From Macrostomum hystrix (Eukaryota; Animalia; Platyhelminthes): a stretch of 64,000 bases of DNA. How positions within the stretch are numbered: position 1 is the first letter of the stretch; the number at the start of each line of letters is the position of its first letter. Shown here one piece after another: positions 39,284 through 51,200 of this stretch. Made by a program: the position numbers and the translations under genes. The stretch covers positions 3,100,001-3,164,000 of the forward strand of contig CATNEN010000025.1 in NCBI GenBank assembly GCA_950097015.1. The letters run 5' to 3'. Under the pieces are notes generated by a model. The model was given only the letters and a program-made list of their open reading frames with translations, was not told where the DNA came from and searched no databases.

Positions 39284-42200
39284 CCAATCAGTGTGAATCA
39301 GCAGCAGCAGCCGCTGTCACAGTCGGCTAACAGCGAAGACATGCTTGATGACGCCATTCGCGCTGCCAACCATCTGCGTAGCATCCGCGGCCGCCTCAGC
39401 CACCGTCCAGATCTTCAACGCCGTCTCGACGCTTTAGTTAGCGTCCTGGAGAGCCAGCTATTTGCCAGAGCAGCCGGGGTGCACAATGCCCTGGAGCAGC
39501 TGCAGGAGCTTCAACGATTCGGCCGTCTGGAGCCCGATGATTTCGGCATCGAGCCGACCAGCGGCAACCTTTGGCTGTCAGAGCGCGGCAACGAGATCCT
39601 CGAGAAGGTCATCGACAATAACGAGGACGCCTGCGGAGACAGTTCGTCAGAAGTCGACGGCGCTGCCTCAGTCGTCGCCGCCGCCGCTTCGGCCGCTCCA
39701 AAATCGGTATCGGATCTGCGCCCGCTGCCAGAGTCGGACCTGATGACCTGGCTGGCAGTCGCCTCCGGTGGTCGCCGCATCATCGAGTCGACTCTGGAGA
39801 AGCGGCCCGGTCAGCCACTGGGTTTCTCAGTGGTCGGCGTTGTGCGTGACTCTGGCGATTTGGGCATCTTCGTGCAGGGCGTTCGCGAGGGTTCGCTGGC
39901 TGACAGGTTTGGTCGGGTCCTTGAGGGAACTGATAAGCCTATTTACTGCAGTCCTTTAGTGAACTAATAAGCCTATTTACTGCAGTCCTTTAGTGAACTG
40001 ACAAGCCTATTTACTGCAGTCCTTTAGGGGACTGATAAGCCTATTTACTGCAGTCCTTAAGGGAATTGATAAGCCTATTTACTGCAGTCCTTAAGGGAAT
40101 TGATAAGCCTATTTACTGCAGTCCTTTAGGGGACTGATAAGCCTATTTACTGCAGTCCTTAAGGGGACTGATAAGCCTATTTACTGCAGTCCTTAAGGGA
40201 ATTGATAAGCCTATTTACTGCAGTCCTTAAGGGGACTGATAAGCCTATTTACTGCAGTCCTTAAGGGAATTGATAAGCCTATTTACTGCAGTCCTTAAGG
40301 GAATTGATAAGCCTATTTACTGCAGTCCTTTAGGGGACTGATAAGCCTATTTACTGCAGTCCTTAAGGGGACTGATAAGCCTATTTACTGCAGTCCTTAA
40401 GGGAATTGATAAGCCTATTTACTGCAGTCCTTAAGGGGACTGATAAGCCTATTTACTGCAGTCCTTAAGGGAATTGATAAGCCTATTTACTGCAGTCCTT
40501 TAGTGAACTAATAAGCCTATTTACTGCAGTCCTTTAGTAAACTGACAAGCCTATTTACTGCAGTCCTTAAGGGAATTGATAAGCCTATTTACTGCAGTCC
40601 TTTAGTGAACTAATAAGCCTATTTACTGCAGTCCTTTAGTAAACTGACAAGCCTATTTACTGCAGTCCTTCAAGAAAACAGATAGCCCAACATGTCGAGG
40701 TCTCCGTGCGATTCTCTTTAACTTTCTGGTAATTTCTGTCCTCCAAAAGAAGAAGACGAGAAATGTAGCGGCCTGTAAACATTACGAGGTGTGAACGGAC
40801 GCACCCTCTGACTCATTTTTCTCTTTTACTCTCTTCTTTTTCTCACTCTTGATTTGGCCAAATCCTGATGCGTGAGTGCGTGTAAGTTTGTGCCTAAGTA
40901 CCCTGAATTAATTTAGCATTCGCCTTTGCACTGCTTAGCTGTGGGTCTAATTCGTCTAGAATGTTAAGTTTCTAGATAATCAAGTTCAGGTGCCTCGATA
41001 GGTCAAATACGGCGAAGAATAGTCACCAGTTGCGACTTGGAATAAGTGAATGGGCCATGTATTTACTAACACAAAATACAACTTTATTGCAAGTGCACCA
41101 AGTTTCATTCATTCATTCATTCATTGTAGACCAAAGAGAGATTCTGAAATACGATAGCGGGCCTGCTTGACAGCGGGGAGCTGAGACATGGGAGAGATGA
41201 GAGAGACGGGGGAGAGATGCGACAGGCGAGAGATGAGACACGGGATAGATGAGATACGGGAGAGAGACAAGGGAGAGATAAATATAGGGAGAGAAGAGAC
41301 AAGGCAGAGATGCGACAGGCGAGAGATGAGACACGGGAGAGATAAAGATAGGGAGAGATAAAGATAGGGAGAGATAAAGATAGGGAGAGATAAAGATAGG
41401 GAGAAATAAAGATAGGGAGAGATAAAGATAGGGAGAGATAAAGATAGGGAGAGATAAAGATAGGGAGAGATAAAGATAGGGAGAGATAAAGATAGGGAGA
41501 GATAAAGATAGGGAGAGATAAAGATAGGGAGAGATAAAGATAGGGAGAGATAAAGATAGGGAGAGATAAAGATAGGGAGAGATAAAGATAGGGAGAGATG
41601 AGATACAGAGACACTGGAGACGTGAGACAGGAGACAGGAGTGGGTGTCGGTAGTTACCAGGGTGATTGAAATAAGGATTGCTATGCAGGCCGCAGGTAGC
41701 TGGCCCTTGCCCTAGGTCGAAGCCAATTAGAAAGCCATCCTCACGCACTGCCGCGGACGCCAATCGGAGGGGGGCCATCCTTGCCAGTTTCGTGGCGGAT
41801 CATCTTCGTCTTTTAATTCCTTTCCACTGACGCAAGTAGAGCATATCTGCGACCGTGTGTGCGCGGAGGGGAAGGCAGTGGTTGGGGGATAATAATAGTG
41901 CTTCCCTACCTATATTCCAACCCCACAGAAGCCTAGCCAATAGAAGTGAAAGTAATTAGTTCCCTCTATCTTTTTTCGGTTGGCAGAAAACTGTTTAGAC
42001 TATTCTTAATATTTGTTTGCTAAACTGGACCCGTAGCTCGATCCCTTCCCTGTCCGTGCGCAGAGAGGGCCACCTGGAGGAGAAGGACCAATTATTGGCT
42101 ATTAACAATATTCCGTTGGACGGCCGGTTGAAGTCTCAGCTGGTTGTTGAACTGCTCCAGTCGGTCTCTAACCGAATCCGGCTGCACCTGTGCCGGCACC

Positions 42201-45200
42201 GGGCCGTCTCTGCTGCCGAGCTTTCGTCTGAGTCCCAGCAGCAGCAGCAGCAAGAATCCCAGCAGCAGCAGCAGCAGCAGACGGCGCTGACCAATTCATT
42301 TGATCTAGAGGAGAAGATGGTGAGTTATTAACAAGGCTAATCATATTTATACTTATAGTTGATCACACTTGCCCAAAGCTACGCGCGGCGCTGTTCAGTC
42401 CATGGACTGGGGAGACGCCACACCCACCCTGAATTACCCGAGCTGATGCTGGTATCTATTTACCAGCTAGGAAAACTGAAGCAATGCAGAATTAATCGTT
42501 TTACTTAAGACGGGTGGTGAGTGGCTGAGAGGTCTAAAGCCTTTCCTTCTCGCACCGAGGACCCCGAGCTCGATTCCGCGTCAAGGCCACATTCATTTTG
42601 GGGCGCAGCCGCGGAGAGAAGGCTTGGGAGCTTTTCGTGCAATTTACGCCATTGAGGGCCAACCTCCAAGGCACAGTGAGAGTGTACACTGCCAGACGAT
42701 GAGAAAGTCAGGGCAGATGTACACACCTGTGTGAGCGTGTGCCTGCGTACAGTATCTGTGTGCGTGTGTGCTCAGCAGCGAAATGGGCAGAATTGCCTCC
42801 TCGCTGGCTGCGGGTCGGCACTATAATTATTCAGCGTCTAGCTAAAGTAGACAAATAGTTCTAGTGAAGTCGGGAATCGAACCCCCGATCTTCTAGTCGT
42901 GAGTCGGACTCTTTAACAAGTCGGCTACAACCCCTGCAAGTGATGAGCCTAAGAACACACGGATATGCATAATTCTCGTATTCGTAGCTTTTCTACTGAA
43001 TTTTTTTGCAATCCTTTTACAAATCGTTTTTCGTGCAACATTTTCATCCTTCGGCGCGCAGAAGAATCCTTATTTACCGTTTTACCTCGTAATTTTGCCA
43101 TATATTGGATTTAACAGTTGCTAGGTTGTCGTTATGGGCTCTGGAATTTTACGAAAACACAAGCAAACTGAACTATTGTGCGTGTGTTCGGCCAGCCAAT
43201 TCCATGGGATATCGAGTGGATCAGGCATGTCAGCCCTGTCTGTCTGTCTGTCTCTTTTCTCCTTGCTTTTCATCTCTGTTCGTGAACGGGGATTTTGTGT
43301 GTAAAACCCGTATCTCCATAGTTCATCGCCAGCCATGGGTACAGCTTCCGTATCTTCAGGAACTAGCTAGACAGCTTCCGTATCTTCAGGAACTAGCTAG
43401 ACAGCTTCCGTATCTTCAGGAACTAGACAGCTTCCGTATCTTCAGGAACTAGACAGATTCCGTATCTTCAGGAACTAGACAGATTCCGTATCTTCAGGAA
43501 CTAGACAGATTCCGTATCTTCAGGAACTAGACAGCTTCTGTGTCTTCAGGAACTAGACAGCTTCCGTATCTTCAGGAACTAGACAGCTTCCGTATCTTCA
43601 GGAACTAGACAGCTTCCGTATCTTCAGGAACTAGACAGCTTCCGTATCTTCAGGAACTAGACAGCTTCCGTATCTTCAGGAACTAGACAGCTTCTATATT
43701 TCTAGGAGAAGCAGACAGCTTCCATATCTCTTGGAGAAGCAGACAGCTTCCATATCTCTAGGAGAAGCAGACAGCTTCCATATCTCTTGGAGAAGCAGAC
43801 AGCTTTCATATCTTCAGAAACTAGACAGCTTCCGTATCTTCAGGAACTAGACAGCTTCCATATCTCTATGAGAAGCAGACAGCTTCCATATCTTTAGGAG
43901 AAGCAGGCAGCTTCCATATCTCTCGGAGATGCAGACAGCTTCCATATCTTTAGGAGAAGCAGACAGCTTCCATATCTCTCGGAGATGCAGACAGCTTCCA
44001 TATCTTTAGGAGAAGCAGACAGCTTCCATATCTCTCGGAGAAGCAGACAGCTTCCATATCTTTAGGAGAAGCAGACAGCTTCCATATCTCTCGGAGATGC
44101 AGACAGCTTCCATATCTTTAGGAGAAGCAGACAGCTTCCATATCTCTCGGAGATGCAGACAGCTTCCATATCTTTAGGAGAAGCAGACAGCTTCCATATC
44201 TCTCGGAGATGCAGACAGCTTCCATATCTTTAGGAGAAGCAGACAGCTTCCATATCTCTCGGAGAAGCAGACAGCTTCCATATCTTTAGGAGAAGCAGAC
44301 AGCTTCCATATCTCTCGGAGAAGCAGACAGCTTCCATATCTTTAGGAGAAGCAGACAGCTTCCATATCTCTCGGAGAAGCAGACAGCTTCCATATCTCTC
44401 GGAGATGCAGACAGCTTCCATATCTTTAGGAGAAGCAGACAGCTTCCATATCTCTCGGAGAAGCAGACAGCTTTTATATCTCTTGGAGAAGCAGACAGCT
44501 TCCATATCTTTAGGAGAAGCAGACAGCTTCCATATCTCTCGGAGATGCAGACAGCTTCCATATCTCTCGGAGAAGCAGACAGCTTCCATATCTTTAGGAG
44601 AAGCAGACAGCTTCCATATCTCTCGGAGAAGCAGACAGCTTCCATATCTTTAGGAGAAGCAGACAGCTTCCATATCTCTCGGAGAAGCAGACAGCTTCCA
44701 TATCTTTAGGAGAAGCAGACAGCTTCCATATCTCTCGGAGAAGCAGACAGCTTCCATATCTTTAGGAGAAGCAGACAGCTTCCATATCTCTCGGAGAAGC
44801 AGACAGCTTCCATATCTTTAGGAGAAGCAGACAGCTTCCATATCTCTCGGAGATGCAGACAGCTTCCATATCTCTCGGAGATGCAGACAGCTTCCATATC
44901 TCTCGGAGATGCAGACAGCTTCCATATCTTTAGGAGAAGCAGACAGCTTCCATATCTCTCGGAGATGCAGACAGCTTCCATATCTCTCGGAGATGCAGAC
45001 AGCTTCCATATCTTTAGGAGAAGCAGACAGCTTCCATATCTCTCGGAGAAGCAGACAGCTTTTATATCTCTTGGAGAAGCAGACAGCTTCCATATCTTTA
45101 GGAGAAGCAGACAGCTTCCATATCTCTCGGAGATGCAGACAGCTTCCATATCTCTCGGAGAAGCAGACAGCTTCCATATCTTTAGGAGAAGCAGACAGCT

Positions 45201-48200
45201 TCCATATCTCTCGGAGATGCAGACAGCTTCCATATCTCTCGGAGAAGCAGACAGCTTCCATATCTCTCGGAGAAGCAGACAGCTTCCATATCTTTAGGAG
45301 AAGCAGACAGCTTCCATATCTCTCGGAGAAGCAGACAGCTTCCATATCTTTAGGAGAAGCAGACAGCTTCCATATCTCTCGGAGATGCAGACAGCTTCCA
45401 TATCTCTCGGAGATGCAGACAGCTTCCATATCTCTCGGAGATGCAGACAGCTTCCATATCTTTAGGAGAAGCAGACAGCTTCCATATCTCTCGGAGATGC
45501 AGACAGCTTCCATACCAAGAACAATCAAGCGTTGAAAAGCAATGATTTACGCTTGTTAGTTTTGGCCTTCCAATTGTGTTGCCATTGCATATGAGGTTTT
45601 TAAAAGATGGGTTAGAATTGAAATGGCAAGTTGGGATTCCATCCCCTAATAGTGCTAGGGTAGGAGGTTAGCATTAGTCCTGGTTTTCTCTTCTCTCTCG
45701 CCCATATTGGCTGTCGCTTTGGTCCTAGCCGTTCTTATTACTTAGACTTAAAATTCTAGGTCCTAACTGTGCAGCCTAGTATAAGTGTAAGTGCATTTAA
45801 GTTAGCAACCCGGAACCCACTGTTTAGGCCCCCCCCTGGCTTGATATAAGTGTGTGCCTTCCTCACTAATGAAGTTGGGCTGCGCATTATCGATCGCGTC
45901 CGGTTGGCCGTGCTCTCAACCGTTTTGTCAGTTGGATCTTCTCCACTTGCTCTACGGATCTAATTTAACTTCATTCACGAGTCGGTGTTTCTGATTAGTG
46001 ATCGTGACCGTGAATGAAATGGTTTATTGAAACTTTATACCATAAACTTTTCATGCTTTGTTTTCATTTGCTCAAAATATTTCGTTTCCTTTTTAACTAC
46101 TGATATAGTTCGTCTGTAAGTAGTATTTGCAGTGGATAAATCATTTTAACAATCTCGAGCACTTGTTTAGAGCTAGCACCAATCCGTGTCCGTATCCTAT
46201 TCTTAGGCCGTTAAAAGTCCCTGATTCCCAGATCCTCAGATTGAGCTGTCACGCTCCCAGATCCTCAGGTTGAGCTGTCACGCTCCCAGATCCTCAGATT
46301 GAGCTGTCACGCTCCCAGATCCTCAGGTTGAGCTGTCACTCTCCCAGATCCTCAGGTTGAGCTGTCACTCTCCCAGATCCTCAGGTTGAGCTGTCACTCT
46401 CCCAGATCCTCAGGTTGAGCTGTCACTCTCCCAGATCCTCAGGTTGAGCTGTCACTCTCCCAGATCCTCAGGTTGAGCTGTCACTCTCCCAGATCCTCAG
46501 GTTGAGCTGTCACTCTCCCAGATCCTCAGGTTGAGCTGTCACTCTCCCAGATCCTCAGGTTGAGCTGTCACTCTCCCAGATTCTCAGGTTGAGCTGTCAC
46601 TCTCCCAGATCCTCAGATTGAGCTGTCACTCTCCCAGATCCTCAGGTTGAGCTGTCACTCTCCCAGATCCTCAGGTTGAGCTGTCACTCTCCCAGATCCT
46701 CAGGTTGAGCTGTCACTCTCCCAGATTCTCAGGTTGAGCTGTCACTCTCCCAGATCCTCAGATTGAGCTGTCACTCTCCCAGATCCTCAGGTTGAGCTGT
46801 CACTCTCCCAGATCCTCAGGTTGAGCTGTCACTCTCCCAGATTCTCAGGTTGAGCTGTCACTCTCCCAGATCCTCAGATTGAGCTGTCACTCTCCCAGAT
46901 CCTCAGATTGAGCTGTCACTCTCCCAGATCCTCAGGTTGAGCTGTCACTCTCCCAGATCCTCAGGTTGAGCTGTCACTCTCCCAGATTCTCAGGTTGAGC
47001 TGTCACTCTCCCAGATCCTCAGGTTGAGCTGTCACTCTCCCAGATCCTCAGGTTGAGCTGGCACACTAAAGAAGGCTCACCCATATAAAAATAGCAAAAT
47101 ATTTTCCTTAACCCTGTAATTTCAAGGTCGCGGAAAATTATATTAAGAGTCGCAGAGCTTATCTGAGCTGTGCGATGGACATGTGATATTTGCTAACGAG
47201 ATTTGATCCCATCTCTCAGTGTTTTGCATGGCTGAGTTAATGGGATTCGGTATGGTCTGACGGCTCTTGCTGTCTTTGATGCCTCCTGCCCGCCTGTCTA
47301 TTCGGTGTCTTATTTAGTCGATCTCTGAGATCGCATTAAGGCATTTCTCATTGGGCTTCTGCACAACAGCTCTCTTATCTGCTAATCTGCTTTCACAGTT
47401 GAACGCGTTTGACTTAAGCTTTCCAAATCTCTCTGAAATCATAGCTTCTATGTCTAGAGCAAATAGGCGTTTATTTATTTCATGGGTTTATCTTTGTCTG
47501 CCTGTCCTTTTGTCTGTACTAGGTGTTATGCCTGTCTGTTCTGGATGTTATGCCTGTTCTAGGGGATATGCCTGTCTGTTCTAGGTGTTATGCCTGTCTG
47601 TTCTTGGTGATATGCCTGTCTGTTCTAGGTGTTATGCCTGTCTGTTCTGGATGTTATGCCTGTTCTAGGGGATATGCCTGTCTGTTCTAGGTGTTATGCC
47701 TGTCTGTTCTAGGTGTTATGCCTGTCTGTTCTGGATGTTATGCCTGTTCTAGGGGATATGCCTGTCTGTTCTAGGTGATATGCCTGTCTGTTCTAGGTGT
47801 TATGCCTGTCTGTTCTAGGTGTTATGCCTGTCTGTTCTAGGTGTTATGCCTGTCTGTTCTGGATGTTATGCCTGTTCTAGGGGATATGCCTGTCTGTTCT
47901 AGGTGTTATGCCTGTCTGTTCTAGGTGTTATGCCTGTCTGTTCTGGATGTTATGCCTGTTCTAGGGGATATGCCTGTCTGTTCTAGGTGATATGCCTGTC
48001 TGTTCTAGGTGTTATGCCTGTCTGTTCTAGGTGTTATGCCTGTCTGTTCTGGATGTTATGCCTCTTCTAGGTGTTATGCCTGTCTGTTCTAGGTGTTATG
48101 CGGCAAGCCTGTCTGTTCTTGGTGTTATGCCTGTCTGTTCTGGATGTTATGCCTCTTCTAGGGGATATGCCTGTCTGTTCTAGGTGTTATGCCTGTCTGT

Positions 48201-51200
48201 TCTTGGTGATATGCCTGTCTGTTCTAGGTGTTATGCCTGTCTGTTCTGGATGTTATGCCTGTTCTAGGGGATATGCCTGTCTGTTCTAGGTGTTATGCCT
48301 GTCTGTTCTAGGTGTTATGCCTGTCTGTTCTGGATGTTATGCCTGTTCTAGGGGATATGCCTGTCTGTTCTAGGTGATATGCCTGTCTGTTCTAGGTGTT
48401 ATGCCTGTCTGTTCTAGGTGTTATGCCTGTCTGTTCTAGGTGTTATGCCTGTCTGTTCTGGATGTTATGCCTGTTCTAGGGGATATGCCTGTCTGTTCTA
48501 GGTGATATGCCTGTCTGTTCTAGGTGTTATGCCTGTCTGTTCTAGGTGTTATGCCTGTCTGTTCTGGATGTTATGCCTCTTCTAGGTGTTATGCCTGTCT
48601 GTTCTAGGTGTTATGCGGCAAGCCTGTCTGTTCTTGGTGTTATGCCTGTCTGTTCTGGATGTTATGCCTCTTCTAGGTGTTATGCCTGTCTGTTCTGGAT
48701 GTTATGCCTGTCTGTTCTAGGTGTTATGCCTGTCTGTTCTAGGTGTTATGCCTGTCTGTTCTGGATGTTATGCCTCTTCTAGGTGATATGCCTGTCTGTT
48801 CTAGGTGTTATGCCTGTCTGTTCTAGGTTTTATGCCTGTCTATTCTAGGTGTTATGCCTGTCTGTTCTAGGTGTTATGCCTGTCTGTTCTGGATGTTATG
48901 CCTCTTCTAGGTGTTATGCCTGTCTGTTCTTGGTGTTATGCCTGTCTGTTCTAGGTGTTATGCCTGTCTGTTCTAGGTGTTATGCCTGTCTGTTCTGGAT
49001 GTTATGCCTGTCTGTTCTAGGTGTTATGCCTGTCTGTTCTAGGTGTTATGCCTGTCTGTTCTGGATGTTATGCCTCTTCTAGGTGTTATGCCTGTCTGTT
49101 CTAGGTGTTATGCCTGTCTGTTCTGGATGTTATGCCTCTTCTAGGTGTTATGCCTGTCTGTTCTGGATGTTATGCCTCTTCTTGGTGTTATGCCTGTCTG
49201 TTCTAGGTGTTATGCCTGTCTGTTCTAGGTGTTATGCCTGTCTGTTCTGGATGTTATGCCTGTCTGTTCTAGGTGTTATGCGGCAAGCCTGTCTGTTCTT
49301 GGTGTTATGCCTGTCTGTTCTGGATGTTATGCCTCTTCTAGGTGTTATGCCTGTCTGTTCTGGATGTTATGCCTGTCTGTTCTAGGTGTTATGCCTGTCT
49401 GTTCTAGGTGTTATGCCTGTCTGTTCTGGATGTTATGCCTCTTCTAGGTGATATGCCTGTCTGTTCTTGGTGTTATGCCTGTCTGTTCTAGGTGTTATGC
49501 CTGTCTGTTCTAGGTGTTATGCCTGTCTGTTCTGGATGTTATGCCTGTCTGTTCTAGGTGTTATGCCTGTCTGTTCTAGGTGTTATGCCTGTCTGTTCTG
49601 GATGTTATGCCTCTTCTAGGTGTTATGCCTGTCTGTTCTAGGTGTTATGCCTGTCTGTTCTGGATGTTATGCCTCTTCTAGGTGTTATGCCTGTCTGTTC
49701 TGGATGTTATGCCTCTTCTAGGTGTTATGCCTGTCTGTTCTAGGTGTTATGCCCGTCTGTTCTAGGTGTTAAGCGGCAAGCCTTTCTGTTCTTGGTGTCC
49801 AATTTCCAGTTACTCTATTAGTATTCTTTTTCACCTGTCTGTAGATTTATTCAGCTCTGTAACTAGCACTGCAATTAAAGATAAAGGTGATGGCACTGAT
49901 GCTTTCTTTTGACTAACCGAGGACTAGAAAATCCTAAGAGGCTTATTAAGTATCAATATTTCACCCCGCCTAATCAGTAGAATCCAATCGGTAATGCGAA
50001 TATATTAGCACTCTCGTTACCGCTACCTATATGTTACGTTCGGTTCGCTACATATCGACTGAGTCTTGGGATTTAATATATATATATATTTCCCATCCTG
50101 CTAATCCCTGCAGCCGAGTTGGACTAAACCGGTTATGAAAGAAAGTGAGAGTTAATCCATCATATCTAGTGGCATGCTTTATTATTATTGCTTTGGTCGG
50201 GCCGAAACCTGTTAGCGAGTGAATGAGAGTAGAAAATGAGTAGAAAGTAATCCTATTGCTTCGCCATGCGAAAGAGTTCAGAATGAGCAGACACTGAGCG
50301 CTACCTCCCTTATATATATCCCTTATATCCCATTTCGCAGTTGCCACGCATTTCCCCTAGGGAAAAGAGGATTTTTCTGAATTCTTGACGCCGCTTGGCA
50401 ACCCTCTCGCCTTCAGGCTATTTGCAAAGTCAACACGGAGTGTGATATTATATTGCCGGGAGGGTAACACAGCAATCTAGCTGCTGCTGCTGTGCTGTAT
50501 GCAAATTTTCTTTACAGGTCCTATTTATTTACTTTGTTTCTCTTTTGGATCTCGCCGATAGAATGACAGATTTTCAACTGTCAGAGCCGCTGTCTTGCTG
50601 TGTGGTTGCCGTCATTGTCAGCTGGCAAATGAAGGATTCTTGAGACTTCTAAAGACGTAGCGCATCACCTCATTATTTTAGCTATAACAAAAGGTGGCGC
50701 TATTTCTTGAGTGTATCTACCAGTTTCAAACATTGTTTCTTGTCAAGTAATGAGGATCAGAATTGCTGCCACTTTGCAACTTTCCAGCGCGTGAAAAGCA
50801 CTCTAATTTTAGCTTGTCATGTCAGCCTTTTTATTTTTTTATCGTCTGCATAGGCCTTGCTTCGTCGGAATTTTCTTTGAACGCTTCACTGACGAATCAC
50901 GCGCTTCTCTGACGACTCACGCGCTTCTCTGACGACTCACGCGCTTCTCTGACGACTCACGCGCTTCTCTGACGACTCACGCGCTTCTCTGACAACTCAC
51001 ACGCTTCTCTGACGACTCACACGCTTCTCTGACAACTCACACGCTTCTCTGACGACTCACGCGCTTCTCTGACGACTCACACGCTTCTCTGACGACTCAC
51101 ACGCTTCTCTGACAACTCACACGCTTCTCTGACAACTCACACGCTTCTCTGACGACTCACGCGCTTCTCTGACGACTCACGCGCTTCTCTGACGACTCAC

